A stretch of DNA of 62,336 nucleotides from a virus (IMGVR_UViG_3300045972_000062:1-62336); one strand, 5' to 3'; shown: positions 21,201-30,163, numbered from the stretch's first letter. Notes: a model not told the origin generated them from the sequence alone. Program-made: numbers and translations.

Positions 21201-23752
21201 AACTTAAGAGCAAATTGGATTCTTATAAAGATATTGATTTTTCTAAAATAACTAAGGACAATGGATCTAGGTTAGTATTTAAAAAGGCAAGTGATGTTAC
21301 CGGAAAGATAGAGAAAGAATTTTTAGCTTACATTGAGGATCTGCATGTAAAGTTTAATACCGATCATAGTGTAGATGCTGAGCAGAATCAAGAAATTAAT
21401 GTACCTTCTAAATTTATGAACTCTTTAACTTTCTTAAAAGAATATGGAGGAGGATTAGGATTAAAAAGGTTAAGAGCTAAATCTTTATATAAATTACTGA
21501 AAAATAAGCCTTACGACCATGTTAATGTTCAAAAGGAAATTAATAGTACAGAATCCTTTACTTTAGGTCAGTTAAAAGACATGTTAATTAACGAGCAGAA
21601 GTATGGCTTAGGATTAGATAATCATAATTCGATGAAGCAACTTCTTGGAGATAAGTATGAATCTACTAAGGAGAATCTGAAAAGATGGGATAAGCAAGCT
21701 AAGAGGTTTTATGAAAAAACAAAGGTAGATTATAAAGGAAAATCTGTTATTTACGATCAGAAAGGAACTTATGTTTCGGGTCAAAGAAGATTAGATAGTT
21801 TAGTTGCCGACCCTAATAACATGGTAGCATTAAAGGAATATTTATTCTCTATGGTAAATAAATATGAGATGGATAAACTTATTCCTTTGGCTGATATTGT
21901 TACCGATAAATATGAAGGACAAAAAATAGCATCTAAATATTTAGAGCAGATTGTAGATCATGATATTTATGGTAAGGATATTGATATAGACCATGCTTGG
22001 ATTAGGAATATACTAAAAGCAATAATGTCTCTTACTTATTATTCAAGAATGGCTTTTGGGTTAAAAACTGCTGTATTTAACAGGCTTGCTGGAGTTGTAG
22101 ATAATACTGTTAATCACCCTGAAATGGCTTTTAAAATGACAAGATCTTGGGGTAGTAATTTATCTACTCCTGAAGCTAGAGCTAGATTTAGCAAGGCTAT
22201 GAAGGTAATGGAGAACATGAACATTGGTCGTATGGCTACAGAACGTGAACATGGTAATAAAGGAGAAGTGTTAGAGTATCTTAATAAGATTGGATCTATG
22301 CCGCAGAATATTGCAGAGAAGTACAATCAGGGGTCTTTATTCTTAGGCGTGTTATCTCAATTAAGAACCATGGAAGTTATGGATAATTATGATGAAAAAG
22401 GATTCCCTATTCCAGGACGAGAAGATTATATAATTCAGCCTGAAGAGTTAAGAATGATAGAAAATACTATTCGTAATGTTCATGGAGATTACGGCAAAAA
22501 CAGACCTCCGTTATCTTATTACATTTTAGGTAGAGTTTTTGGTCAGTTTGTTTTAGGATGGGGTCAGGCTAAGATTCTTAATCATTTTGGAGCTAAGATT
22601 ATAGATTCAAATGGGATAGAGCAACAAGGTTTTGTAAATAGGAATATAGAGAACTTAACAACTGTTTCTAAAAGGTTATTTAAAAGCAAAGAGTATAAAG
22701 ATGCTAATCCTATTAATTTCACTAAAAAAGACGCTAACGCATTAAGAACTTTAGCAATTGAAGTAGCTTTAGGAGCCTTAGCTTCGTTAGCTTATCATAA
22801 TTTAAAAGATGAAGATAAGAGGAAGCGTAGACTTAAGCCTGTAAGAGGAACTGATGGTCAATGGGAGGTTTATTATCTTGACGAAAAAGGAAATGAGATT
22901 CTATATAATAAAGCCAGAAGTTTAAAAGATCTTACTGAGAAGGAATCTTGGCATTATATGTTAGTAGATATGGCTAAATATACTTTAGGTAGAGCAATTG
23001 GAGATCTTGTTGCTGCTTATCCTATTATTGATGGTTGGATGATTGATAAGAAAGGTAGTGGACAGCAAGTAGGTGGGCTTTGGGACACGTTTACGGCATC
23101 TAAAATCCCTCCGGTTATCGCTACTATCCTTGATATGGTAGAATTAGCTCAAAAGTTAGAAAAGTTAGTAGTTGACCCTATGTCTGACAAGATTAAGAAG
23201 GCTGATTACACTAGGGAGCTTGGAGGTTCTGAATTTATGAACGAAGCGGCAAAACTTGCTAGTCCTAAAGGTTTGGTAGATATTTATTCTATTTATAGAG
23301 TTGCTACTAATGCTCCTTATGAAGAAAGTAAGGCTGTGAGTAAAGAGAATAAACTTAAAAGCTATTTTGTAGATTACTTTTCTAAAGAATGGGAAAATAA
23401 TGATAAAGATGTATATCTTGTAAATGACAAAGGAGTAAGTGAAATTAATCCGGCATTTGTAGATTACATTAAGACTTCTTTAGAAAGTGGAGGAGAGGAA
23501 TTGATGGATAAGATTTCTGCTGAGTACGGCTACGATCATGGTAGTGACGAGAATTTTAATAAATTGTCAGCTACTGAACGTCAAGACTATATTAATCAAG
23601 AAAGAAGGATAGAGCAGGATAGGATTAAGGATGCTGAAGAGCGAGTTAGGAATGCCGATAGAGAGAAAGTAAATTATGCTATATTCGAAGATGATGACAT
23701 GATTGAAGAAACTATGAACAAAATAAATGCTAAAGATAAAAAAGAAGAGTAA
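18227..23752 (+). CDS. large virion cargo protein with degenerate zincin and PD-(D/E)XK-like domains
   Basis: 1841 aa; CPNxxxPEW start; degenerate motifs; helical C-terminus (HGDY...GQF) typical of phage ejection proteins. Confidence 0.7.
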   Translation: MSTIICPNRKSPEWANLLHSIKTVFKINEDQKYAQNRVESIASALWNKYDGEVTEDIVMSEYESIANPKLSELSNTLATHEEVGVFKQLAKELGKVFKGVTVNFMAMESNKPAENIDYVSTRTDYETKKQIETIKRVLVINTNELKANSKIVSLGHVLLNTKEVTAQSTYQKDIELLLKKSEEFKKSYEKNAGSKYSKGDRLNKLAADSAVIEMLDKYTAKIISQPNGELAPLRKIRNSMNETLQKMLEKQGVDSASEFTIESSIASFANMLKEQNGEAYFASQNSAWESVFHKVNKEGVEGREVSSEEGFAGGVIEGSGGREINVFFQDESDMLDAISDFPNAIADIIEPSEDMPYYVLSIIAPEGYSADNKFESFQNNKQSKLVYKEGSYQKVDSEGDSYDGKKYTTASKKVGEFVEDSADKAENFNKAFDSEVRKLRNATNAQKNDEGKFVDENGEVLPLQDKAALASRYGAVRAEFLKDYESKTNENYSKGYSVIHSLMKLFYTPMIDTDVIKSHLSSKIKNEEVLSDFSDQLADVIDKYGKSSGGKILATELSFIDKEALIAGRSHLVVQETVAGKKITKMIKFKVMPDAYFTDGKINDKYTTSLRDKLFKNPLRTVKASMSNKDEIELGLEANAISNGTQFTIQEIEIIPILINFDNKNEISSLKIAENIKVKHDSSSKDRVERVRSHVQRIEKLYEDNIVAEIKYDDKMNPEYVSRMKEAVRSLMGAFGTKKLSDISLEMFNSALTEEGNNFKGILIDYLGFTIEDIEKKGVAETLSAFGLGVPKNEVADHAGFLSKVKNTVTKLAKDAKGNVIKTFTGKDLVITVKSNDPELMLAADKKAVDEIMKDLEKELSKVPGTVIDKLNNFITNEKLLLKYNDLLQPFSADVKWHYTDTIHKALFVQTLFKDFVRENKEGFKYARLATMLVADAVKTGAFQINDFNYKLGKVAANFILDRMIGDDKMLIQYLNNKKGEAAYRHINKVNELKSKLDSYKDIDFSKITKDNGSRLVFKKASDVTGKIEKEFLAYIEDLHVKFNTDHSVDAEQNQEINVPSKFMNSLTFLKEYGGGLGLKRLRAKSLYKLLKNKPYDHVNVQKEINSTESFTLGQLKDMLINEQKYGLGLDNHNSMKQLLGDKYESTKENLKRWDKQAKRFYEKTKVDYKGKSVIYDQKGTYVSGQRRLDSLVADPNNMVALKEYLFSMVNKYEMDKLIPLADIVTDKYEGQKIASKYLEQIVDHDIYGKDIDIDHAWIRNILKAIMSLTYYSRMAFGLKTAVFNRLAGVVDNTVNHPEMAFKMTRSWGSNLSTPEARARFSKAMKVMENMNIGRMATEREHGNKGEVLEYLNKIGSMPQNIAEKYNQGSLFLGVLSQLRTMEVMDNYDEKGFPIPGREDYIIQPEELRMIENTIRNVHGDYGKNRPPLSYYILGRVFGQFVLGWGQAKILNHFGAKIIDSNGIEQQGFVNRNIENLTTVSKRLFKSKEYKDANPINFTKKDANALRTLAIEVALGALASLAYHNLKDEDKRKRRLKPVRGTDGQWEVYYLDEKGNEILYNKARSLKDLTEKESWHYMLVDMAKYTLGRAIGDLVAAYPIIDGWMIDKKGSGQQVGGLWDTFTASKIPPVIATILDMVELAQKLEKLVVDPMSDKIKKADYTRELGGSEFMNEAAKLASPKGLVDIYSIYRVATNAPYEESKAVSKENKLKSYFVDYFSKEWENNDKDVYLVNDKGVSEINPAFVDYIKTSLESGGEELMDKISAEYGYDHGSDENFNKLSATERQDYINQERRIEQDRIKDAEERVRNADREKVNYAIFEDDDMIEETMNKINAKDKKEE

Positions 23753-23792
23753 AATTGAAAAATAATTTATAAATTTACAAAAACATAAAGAC

Positions 23793-24413
23793 ATGAGTTT
23801 AATACTTAGTTCATTGATTCAGCTTAATTCAGGCAACACTTCACTTACGATGTTTGATAATACTGGAGACTATTCTTTACTTAATCCTGGAGGGTATGGC
23901 ACTCCAAATCCTGCGACTTCTGACGTAACTAAAGCTACTTTGACTATAGATATTCAAGGTTATAATAGTTATGCTCCGGTTACGGTAGATATTACAGCTA
24001 ATTTTGCTGATTTATTTACTACCGGATATGTTCTTACAGCAATGTCGGCTTTAAACTTGCCGGTGTTTCCTGACGGATGGTATAAGTTTACTTACTCCAT
24101 TATCGCTTTAGGTATAGAGTATAACTACATTAATACCAATGCTTTTTGGGGAGACGTTCAATGTTGCGTTAAGAAGGCTGTTTTGCAACTTTCTATTCCG
24201 GTAACAGACGTTAAAAAGGCTGAACAAGTTCATTACTTAGCTTTAGTTTTCGATTCGTTAACTTCTTCTGCTTGTTGTTCTAATATGGATTCATTTACAT
24301 CAAAACTTAAAGAGCTTAAAAAACTTTGCGGTGGATGTGGAGACTCTAATTACTTAAATAGTACAAATACTAACGGATCGTATTCCGGAGGGTGTAAGGG
24401 AGGGTGTAACTAA
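23793..24413 (+). CDS. Cys-rich tail/fibre-associated structural protein
   Basis: DxTGxYS..NPGGYG and FPDGWY motifs; Cys-rich C-terminus. Confidence 0.65.
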   Translation: MSLILSSLIQLNSGNTSLTMFDNTGDYSLLNPGGYGTPNPATSDVTKATLTIDIQGYNSYAPVTVDITANFADLFTTGYVLTAMSALNLPVFPDGWYKFTYSIIALGIEYNYINTNAFWGDVQCCVKKAVLQLSIPVTDVKKAEQVHYLALVFDSLTSSACCSNMDSFTSKLKELKKLCGGCGDSNYLNSTNTNGSYSGGCKGGCN

Positions 24414-24676
24414 TGGCTACATTTAACTTTACTCAGGAAGAACTTAATACGTTCATAAATAATTCTCAATGCTGCTTTTCTTCAAAGGTTGATACTTTGA
24501 TAAATTTAAAGAACATTGGAGATGATTCTTACGATCTTTTTAAAGCCGAATGTATGACTCTTGATGTAATGTTAAGAGCGATATCAACGGATATATCAAC
24601 AGAGGTATGTTTAACGCAATCTGACTTTGATTATATCTTCGAGCAAATTAATAAATCATGTTGTAACTGCCGTTAA
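24413..24676 (+). CDS. small Cys-rich structural protein
   Basis: CLTxxD...CCNC; translationally coupled to the previous gene. Confidence 0.6.
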   Translation: MATFNFTQEELNTFINNSQCCFSSKVDTLINLKNIGDDSYDLFKAECMTLDVMLRAISTDISTEVCLTQSDFDYIFEQINKSCCNCR

Positions 24677-24677
24677 T

Positions 24678-25577
24678 ATGGAATGTATACAAGCAAATAA
24701 TATGCAAATCTTCTCCGGACAACCGGGAAAGAATCCTTACTACTCTACATTGAGTTCTTACCATATAACATTGCCGGTAAATAGTGCTAATGTGGTTACT
24801 GATTATACCGGTGCCGAAACTATGTTTAGGTTTTTTATTGGTAATCAGGAGCAAAATGTAGATGCTAGTCATCTTGTTACATTCCCTAGTTCCGGCTCAG
24901 ATGTAACTTATAGTTTAGCTAATGAAGTTGGAGGTAAAGGAGTAGTTTTTACAGTAACAAATGTAGCTGACTATGTTGACAGTCAAGAGTTAGTAACAAT
25001 TAGATATACTTTGGGTGGAGTTAATTACGAGCAAGTTTATGCCTTAACGAAATCTATTGCTACTGAGAATATAGATAGCTGTTTAGTTAGTTCTCAGACT
25101 GATATTGTTTATGCCGTACCTTCTACTACTGAGCAGTTGGTAAAGGCTATAAGAATACCAGCAGGCACAATGAAAGCTAGTGGAGATATTTTAGAATTTA
25201 GCGTACAAATAGGATCCATAAATCAAATTACAGATGGAATGCCTTTTACTAGTTATGTAAATATATCGATAGATGGATTGGTTTTGATAAACTGTCCATT
25301 TTATCATTTAAACAAAAAGACGGTAACTTTTAAGATAGATTACAATAATCTTATTTTAGAAACAAGAAATGAGTCAGGATCAACTAATCCAAGTATAAAC
25401 ATGAGTCTTAGGTCTCCTAATGCAAATACTAAATTAGGTTTTACTTCGATAGATTGGTCGGTAGATAATTTCATAAACGTAGTTAGCTTTATTGACGCTG
25501 CATCTATTCATGCCGATGTTAAAGTCCCTTGTAAGGAATTTAAGTTAGAATATAAACATAATCTTAATTCTCATTAA
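24678..25577 (+). CDS. putative tail fibre/spike subunit, paralog 1
   Basis: Start moved to ATG 24678 (MECIQ); beta-rich; similar to the next two ORFs. Confidence 0.6.
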   Translation: MECIQANNMQIFSGQPGKNPYYSTLSSYHITLPVNSANVVTDYTGAETMFRFFIGNQEQNVDASHLVTFPSSGSDVTYSLANEVGGKGVVFTVTNVADYVDSQELVTIRYTLGGVNYEQVYALTKSIATENIDSCLVSSQTDIVYAVPSTTEQLVKAIRIPAGTMKASGDILEFSVQIGSINQITDGMPFTSYVNISIDGLVLINCPFYHLNKKTVTFKIDYNNLILETRNESGSTNPSINMSLRSPNANTKLGFTSIDWSVDNFINVVSFIDAASIHADVKVPCKEFKLEYKHNLNSH

Positions 25578-25578
25578 T

Positions 25579-26520
25579 ATGATACCAGGTTGTAATAGTA
25601 CGACAAGTACATCTATATCCGGAACCGATGCTATATATTCTTTCTTAGAATCTGATTCTATAGTTTTGGTTAAGAATAGCAATGGGGGATATAAAAGTAT
25701 TCCTTCTGCTTTCCCTAATATGTTTACTGTTCAGCAAGGAGGAGTTAATGTATTTTTGGATCCAAGTATCATAACTTATGTTTCTGAGAACCCATTATTG
25801 TCTTTCGAGTTCTTTTCAGATCCTTCAGGAAGTTTAAGAATATACTTTGATAATGTGCCGGCAGGAATAATTTCTACTTATGTGGATTTTTCTTATGCTT
25901 ATGGAGGGGAAATGTTTACTAATAGATGGACTATAGATGCCGTGCAAGACGGATCAGAAAGCTCTACGTTAGTTTATTCATCTCCTACTCTTATCGCTAA
26001 ACAGGCAGATCATAATTACACTACGGTCGTAAATGATATTGAGAGGGTAATTAAAGAGGTGTTTACTTCAGGAATGTTCAGGTATAAAGGAGATGTTGTG
26101 AAGATTTCTTTTTATGCAACTTCGGACATTACTTCAAGGTTAGGTAATTATTTTGCCGTTAGAATTGGAGCGAATAATGTTTTCAACTTAATATTTAAGT
26201 TTGATATTCCTCAAAACTCAGATAGTATTGGCAAGTATGATATTGTTTTAACTGCCGTAAATGGATCTTATGACACTCAGTTTCTAAGTAATCAACAGAT
26301 TCAGTTAAATGTAGCAAATTATGCTACTTCAACAACAGCTTCTGGAGCTTCTTATTTATCTGACATTTATACTAATGAACCGGTAGATCTATTGGTATCT
26401 AACACTAATATGGGAACCGTTCAGTTTATATACAACTACGTAGAAACGTTAGGTAATGGAAGGTTTATTAAAATGTGGAATTTCACTATTGAAAAATTCC
26501 CTAATAAAAATATTTTATAG
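25579..26520 (+). CDS. putative tail fibre/spike subunit, paralog 2
   Basis: Beta-rich; shares N- and C-terminal motifs with its neighbours. Confidence 0.6.
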   Translation: MIPGCNSTTSTSISGTDAIYSFLESDSIVLVKNSNGGYKSIPSAFPNMFTVQQGGVNVFLDPSIITYVSENPLLSFEFFSDPSGSLRIYFDNVPAGIISTYVDFSYAYGGEMFTNRWTIDAVQDGSESSTLVYSSPTLIAKQADHNYTTVVNDIERVIKEVFTSGMFRYKGDVVKISFYATSDITSRLGNYFAVRIGANNVFNLIFKFDIPQNSDSIGKYDIVLTAVNGSYDTQFLSNQQIQLNVANYATSTTASGASYLSDIYTNEPVDLLVSNTNMGTVQFIYNYVETLGNGRFIKMWNFTIEKFPNKNIL

Positions 26521-26522
26521 TT

Positions 26523-27413
26523 ATGACAAAGATAAGATGTACAAGTTTAGGAGTAAATCCTAGAAATGGATTAGATGCTGCTTATCCTTATCTTTCGATA
26601 GGGTCTATATTGCTGAGTGCTTCAGATTACGGTACTGTTTCTGATTATACTCAAGCTTCTAGTGTATTTAGATTTTATGCTGCAGGGCAGGAGGTAGATT
26701 TAAGCTCTGCCATGCTAACTGTTGTGCCGAGTAATTTAAGGATTTCTTATTCTATATCGAATGAGATTGGAGGATTAGGTAAGGTCGTATCTATTATTCA
26801 AATTGCTAGTACTTATTTTCAGGAGTGGTTAGATATTTCATTTGTATATAATGGAGTAACTTATAAGAAAAGGTTAAATATTGCCAAGGTAAAACATGGA
26901 GGAGTAGGCAATCAGATTATATATAATGATTCAGTTAATCATGTTATAGCCGTAAGTTCTGTAAATCCTTTTACAAAAACATTAACTGGAATGAAATTAG
27001 GTGCCGGAGATGTTATTACAGGAAGATATTTATTTTCTTCTACGGCAGTAAATTCTGTAGTATTTGAAACGTTAGGAGTGTCTATAACTCAGCAGTTGAA
27101 TAGTGATCCAGTATTAGGGTCTAGCTTTATGGATATAAATATTCATGTAGTAAATTACAATGTTAGTACAGGTCAGTTAGATTTTTATATATCTCATATT
27201 TCAGGGAATCACTTCCCTTCTACAAGCAATTCTTTTCAAGGTTACAGGTATGAACATACGATTATATTGCCGTATCAATCTACGGTTTATTTAACGGCAG
27301 GAAATCCTATTATTTCTTTTGGAATATCAACAGCATTAACCAATTTAACTATACTGAAAAATTTCAGTGTAGAATATAAACAAAACTTTAATAACACTTT
27401 ATTCGTATGGTAA
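26523..27413 (+). CDS. putative tail fibre/spike subunit, paralog 3
   Basis: Beta-rich; shares N- and C-terminal motifs with its neighbours. Confidence 0.6.
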   Translation: MTKIRCTSLGVNPRNGLDAAYPYLSIGSILLSASDYGTVSDYTQASSVFRFYAAGQEVDLSSAMLTVVPSNLRISYSISNEIGGLGKVVSIIQIASTYFQEWLDISFVYNGVTYKKRLNIAKVKHGGVGNQIIYNDSVNHVIAVSSVNPFTKTLTGMKLGAGDVITGRYLFSSTAVNSVVFETLGVSITQQLNSDPVLGSSFMDINIHVVNYNVSTGQLDFYISHISGNHFPSTSNSFQGYRYEHTIILPYQSTVYLTAGNPIISFGISTALTNLTILKNFSVEYKQNFNNTLFVW

Positions 27414-28642
27414 ACTATACTTCTCAATCAAATACGCTAACTGCAGGCGGTGGCGTGATAACATTAAGTTTAGGTAGAGCTGAAGCTTTATTGATATTAA
27501 CCGGCTCGGCAGTATTAACAGGAAGTTGGTCTGTTACGGCTCCGGGGACTCCTATAATCGGTCAAAACATAAAAGTGCTATACAATGCTAGTTTAAGTAC
27601 TAGTACTGGAAATACTGTAGCTATTTTAGGTTATGTGTTATCAACAGAGGAGATGGCTCATTATGGTATTTATGATTGTACATGGACTTCTTATGGATGG
27701 TCGGTAACTAACATTCCTACGTTTGAAGGCACCGGTTGGATAAAAGGAAATAAGATTGTTCCTGGATCTATTCCGGGATCGTCTATGACGGCAGGTTCTG
27801 TTACTAATGCTATTTTAGCTACTATGGCAAGAGCTTCTGTGAAGATAGGAAATGCTACGAATGTAGCTTCTGACGTACTCCCAAGTGTTGCAGGTCAAAT
27901 TCTGCAGTACAATGGAACAGATACTGTATTTCAAGCAATGTCTGGAGATGCTACTATAAGTTCATCAGGATCTGTCACTTTAGCTTCAGGAGCAGTAACT
28001 AATGCTAAGTTAGCTCCGATGGCAAGACGTACTGTAAAGGTTGGTATTTTGGGGAATGTGGCTTCGGATTTAGCCGTAGGGGATGGTCAGATAGTTGTAG
28101 GTAATGCTACGGATATTGCAGCAGTAACTCCTTCCGGAGATGTCCTTTTAACAAATACAGGAGCAATGACAATTCAGCCTAGTGTTATTGACGAGACTAA
28201 GGTTACGTGGGTTAAAGATGCTAATAATGTGTATGCCGGAATAGCTACAACCAGGCTTATTGAAGACGGGGAATTAAGAGCTTATCTTGATGGCACAACT
28301 AGAAATTTGGTGGCTGTAAAAGCCGGAGATATTATTATCTCAGCAAGAATGACAATTACTACTGCTTCAGGAACCGGAACCGATAGGATTCAAGTGGGAG
28401 TAGATTCTAATGTAAGACCTGCAGGAGCAGTTGTCGATGGATTATTATTAAATGTTACTCCAAACGTTCCTGGAATATATGCTACTACTTCTGCTAGTGG
28501 ATTTTCTACTTATGTAGGATCGTTAGCTAAGATAGGTTATCAACATGTAACTGCAGATGGATTTGTGACAATAACAAGTAATGTTAATATCTCAGCTACA
28601 GCAGTTAATTTAGCTTTAATTGTAGAGGTTATGAGTAAATAG
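27407..28642 (+). CDS. tail fibre protein
   Basis: Duplicated VTNAxLAxMAR..VKxG..NVASD segments and SGDxxxxxxG repeats. Confidence 0.75.
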   Translation: MVNYTSQSNTLTAGGGVITLSLGRAEALLILTGSAVLTGSWSVTAPGTPIIGQNIKVLYNASLSTSTGNTVAILGYVLSTEEMAHYGIYDCTWTSYGWSVTNIPTFEGTGWIKGNKIVPGSIPGSSMTAGSVTNAILATMARASVKIGNATNVASDVLPSVAGQILQYNGTDTVFQAMSGDATISSSGSVTLASGAVTNAKLAPMARRTVKVGILGNVASDLAVGDGQIVVGNATDIAAVTPSGDVLLTNTGAMTIQPSVIDETKVTWVKDANNVYAGIATTRLIEDGELRAYLDGTTRNLVAVKAGDIIISARMTITTASGTGTDRIQVGVDSNVRPAGAVVDGLLLNVTPNVPGIYATTSASGFSTYVGSLAKIGYQHVTADGFVTITSNVNISATAVNLALIVEVMSK

Positions 28643-28663
28643 GATATAAGTAAGAGTAAAAAT

Positions 28664-28690
28664 AAAAGCCCCTTAATTTGGGGCTTTTTT
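28664..28690 (+). terminator. intrinsic terminator, probably bidirectional
   Basis: AAAAGCCCC-TTAATTT-GGGGCTTTTTT after the last tail gene. Confidence 0.88.
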
Positions 28691-28712
28691 ATTAAAATAA
28701 ATATGGTTAATT

Positions 28713-28787
28713 AATGGACAAATAAAACATATAAATTTATATATATATAAAATGGACAAATAATATAATTAATTTAATGGACAAATA
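28713..28787. repeat. three 12-bp direct repeats AATGGACAAATA
   Basis: Copies at 28713, 28751 and 28776 in an AT-rich spacer. Confidence 0.85.
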
Positions 28788-28808
28788 GGATAGTTTAATT
28801 TATTTTCA

Positions 28809-28816
28809 TATATTTG
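28809..28816 (+). promoter_or_regulatory. Bacteroidota -7 promoter box
   Basis: TATATTTG 25 nt before the KilA-N ATG. Confidence 0.7.
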
Positions 28817-28841
28817 TATAGTAATTTTAATACGTAAATAT

Positions 28842-29444
28842 ATGATAACGGAAGTGATAATGAAGCGAGAGTTATTTGGGTGTCAAATATCTCAAAAAAG
28901 CAAGAGCGAGTTTTTTAGTGCTACGGACTTGGTGAAGGCAGGTAATAAATGGAGAATGTCTAACGAGATGGTTGGATTTAATCTTGGAGCTTATTTTAAA
29001 AGCGTTAAAGCTAAAGAGTTTATTAAAGAAGTTGAGGGCAAATATGGGGCTTCCATAATTTCAGGTAGAGGAAGAAACAGTCATACGTGGGTTCATCCTT
29101 TAGTATTTATAGATATAGCTTTAGATATAAATCCAAAGTTGAAATTAGAAGTTTACGAGTGGATTTTTGACCAGTTAATTAGGTTCAGGAATGATTCAGG
29201 AGATTCTTACAGGCAAATGTCTGCAGCAATATTCTCTAGGTATCAAAACGTAAGAGAATTTCAAAAGTATATATCAGGAATTGCTATCTGTATTAAAAAT
29301 AATATTGGAGTTAAAGACTGGGAGCATGCTACTGAATGTCAACTGAAAAGAAGAGATAAGATACATAGTAGTATTGTTACGTTAAGTAACGTAATGCAAG
29401 ATACTGATGCTATAGTTAGGCTTGCTATTGAAATTAATAAGTAA
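28842..29444 (+). CDS. KilA-N domain DNA-binding protein
   Basis: FFSATDL, GRGRxxxTWVHPxVFIDIA, RNDSGDSY. Confidence 0.88.
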   Translation: MITEVIMKRELFGCQISQKSKSEFFSATDLVKAGNKWRMSNEMVGFNLGAYFKSVKAKEFIKEVEGKYGASIISGRGRNSHTWVHPLVFIDIALDINPKLKLEVYEWIFDQLIRFRNDSGDSYRQMSAAIFSRYQNVREFQKYISGIAICIKNNIGVKDWEHATECQLKRRDKIHSSIVTLSNVMQDTDAIVRLAIEINK

Positions 29445-29464
29445 CATTTAAATTTATATATATT

Positions 29465-29638
29465 ATGAAATCAGAAAAAAAGAAACTAAATAATTTAGTT
29501 TGTGCTGAAATGGCAATTAATGGATTTTTAGAAATGCCGGAAAAGGCTAAGTTAATTTATTTGGATTGCCTATTAAAGCCTTTATTGCCAGTAATAAGAT
29601 TAACTTCAAAGGAGGTGTTAGATTTGATATTGAGATAA
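29465..29638 (+). CDS. 57-aa hypothetical protein
   Basis: Short ORF MKSEKKKLNNLVCAEM...LDLILR read from sequence. Confidence 0.45.
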   Translation: MKSEKKKLNNLVCAEMAINGFLEMPEKAKLIYLDCLLKPLLPVIRLTSKEVLDLILR

Positions 29639-29709
29639 TAATGAGGATATTGTAATTTAAGACAGGTCTAAAATTATAGGAATTATTAACTTGTATGCAA
29701 TTAAATTAT

Positions 29710-29733
29710 AAGCCCCAATTAAGGGGCTTTTTT
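29710..29733. terminator. intrinsic terminator at the +/- convergence
   Basis: AAGCCCC-AATTAA-GGGGCTTTTTT. Confidence 0.85.
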
Positions 29734-30163
29734 ATTTAACAACTTGCATAAATTTGAATAATACTTGGTCGTAATATTCTCTAAAAGTTCTATCGGTAGT
29801 GTATAGGCTATTAAAAGTATCTACAGTTCTCATACATGTAGAATGATTCCTATTTACATATAGACCTATGTAGTAATAAGGAATGTTTAACACTTCCCAC
29901 ATTATCTTTACGGCAATAAATCTTGAGTACATTAGCTCTGGTTTATTCTTACGTATGCGGAAAATATCTTCAATAGATATCTTACATGTCAATGCTGTAA
30001 TTTTTAAAAGCATATCTACATTAAGTTGCTCGGTAGTCTTATTTTGTATTACATAGCATACTTTAACTTCTACTCCAAGTAGATTAGTCAAATCTATTGC
30101 AGCTCTTTCTGTTAAGCGTTCAGCTTTTGCCAAATCTTCTCGTTTAAATTCCGTATTCTTCAT
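29732..30163 (-). CDS. DnaA C-terminal-like HTH DNA-binding protein
   Basis: RFIAV..IGxYVNRNHST resembles the DnaA domain IV RDHSTV motif. Confidence 0.75.
   Translation of the reverse strand: MKNTEFKREDLAKAERLTERAAIDLTNLLGVEVKVCYVIQNKTTEQLNVDMLLKITALTCKISIEDIFRIRKNKPELMYSRFIAVKIMWEVLNIPYYYIGLYVNRNHSTCMRTVDTFNSLYTTDRTFREYYDQVLFKFMQVVK

Noticed and set aside
21952-21996. DHDIYGKDIDIDH in the 1841-aa protein as an RNAP catalytic loop
   Set aside because: It contains DxDxD but lies in a helical C-terminal region without double-psi beta-barrel context; not accepted without a structure search.
3294-24872. Short antisense ORFs inside the + strand structural genes
   Set aside because: Shadow ORFs overlapping long, motif-supported genes.
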